The notes under the pieces: generated by a model
Told to the model about the DNA's origin: nothing
The model's database searches: none
What the model saw: the letters and a program-made list of their open reading frames with translations, nothing else
Translations under genes and position numbers: made by a program
Source of the DNA: an uncultured delta proteobacterium
Lineage (GTDB): Bacteria > Myxococcota_A > Polyangia > Polyangiales > Polyangiaceae
Direction of reading: 5' to 3'
Length of the DNA: 64,000 nucleotides
Assembly: GCA_963806225.1 (NCBI GenBank)
Contig: CAWDXG010000001.1
Span: 1,856,001-1,920,000 of the forward strand
Shown: in pieces, positions 63,601 to 64,000 of the stretch
How the letters are laid out: every line of letters begins with the position of its first letter
Numbering within the stretch: the first letter of the stretch is position 1

Positions 63601-64000
63601 AGTCGATGGCGGAGTGGGAGAAGCTGCTCCGCGTCCGTGAAGCGCAGCTGATGCACACGCAGGATCCGGACGAACGCGTCGGCATGTACTACCGCATCGC
63701 CGAGGACGCCGAGGAACGGCTGCTGGACGCCGCGCTGGCCTTCGGTGTGTACGTCCGCGCGATCAAGGAGCGGCCGCTCGACGAGCGCACCGGCGACGAG
63801 CTCGAGCGCCTTGCCGGCATGATCGACGACGGCTGGAACCAGCTGGCGAACGCCTACGCCGACGTGTTGTCCATCGAGGGCATCGAGCAGGCGACCCAGG
63901 CGGTGATCGGCAAGCGTCTCGCGCGGGTCTTCGAGGAGGAGCTCGCGGATGTGGCGAAGGCCGAGGAGACGTATCGCTACGTCCTCACCGTCGCGGCAGA
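57655..64000 (+). CDS. gltI: Giant TPR protein, GltI/AgmK-like (partial, frameshifts up to about 60360)
   Basis: Dozens of units of the type A...Y..VL..DP.D..AL.AL.RLY.....W..L..V; open from about 60363 to the window end; follows gltG. Confidence 0.7.

Noticed and set aside
60168..63656. 1162-aa minus-strand ORF and other long antisense ORFs (6954..9641, 13204..15954, 48872..50827 etc.)
   Set aside because: These are shadows of GC3-rich sense genes with no family motifs; the plus strand carries the recognisable proteins.

Overview
High-GC chromosomal window, most likely from a myxobacterium (Myxococcota, probably Polyangia-like; inferred from the MglB, DigR-like, Glt and MXAN_5187-type genes). 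Left to right: a DigR-like response regulator, kup, a small accessory insert, recC-recB-recD, a sigma54-type promoter ahead of a CusB/CusA-like metal RND pair, an orphan MglB with an extra N-terminal domain, and housekeeping or signalling genes (acyltransferase, CcdA-thioredoxin, M50 protease, EEP hydrolase, Ser/Thr kinase, frr, PP2C, cystathionine gamma-synthase/lyase, tRNA-His, HDAC, ftsY, yraN). The right half holds a consolidated gliding-motility (glt-like) region: two outer-membrane barrels, a CglC/GltK-like lipoprotein, gltC-D-E-F-G, a TPR lipoprotein and a giant GltI/AgmK-like TPR gene running off the end. Many genes carry clustered frameshifts that look like sequencing indels. The most unusual element is the ~1.4 kb insert at 3268-4662. 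It has two convergent small genes (DUF559 nuclease, four-helix-bundle/Avd-like). Each has its ribosome-binding site buried in a long near-perfect hairpin, and the two hairpins share the apex CCTTC-W-(G)GGGG-T-GAAGG. A triple-hairpin element flanks it on the left and a 37-unit CCGTNN hexamer array on the right. All calls come from reading the sequence; no database searches were run.
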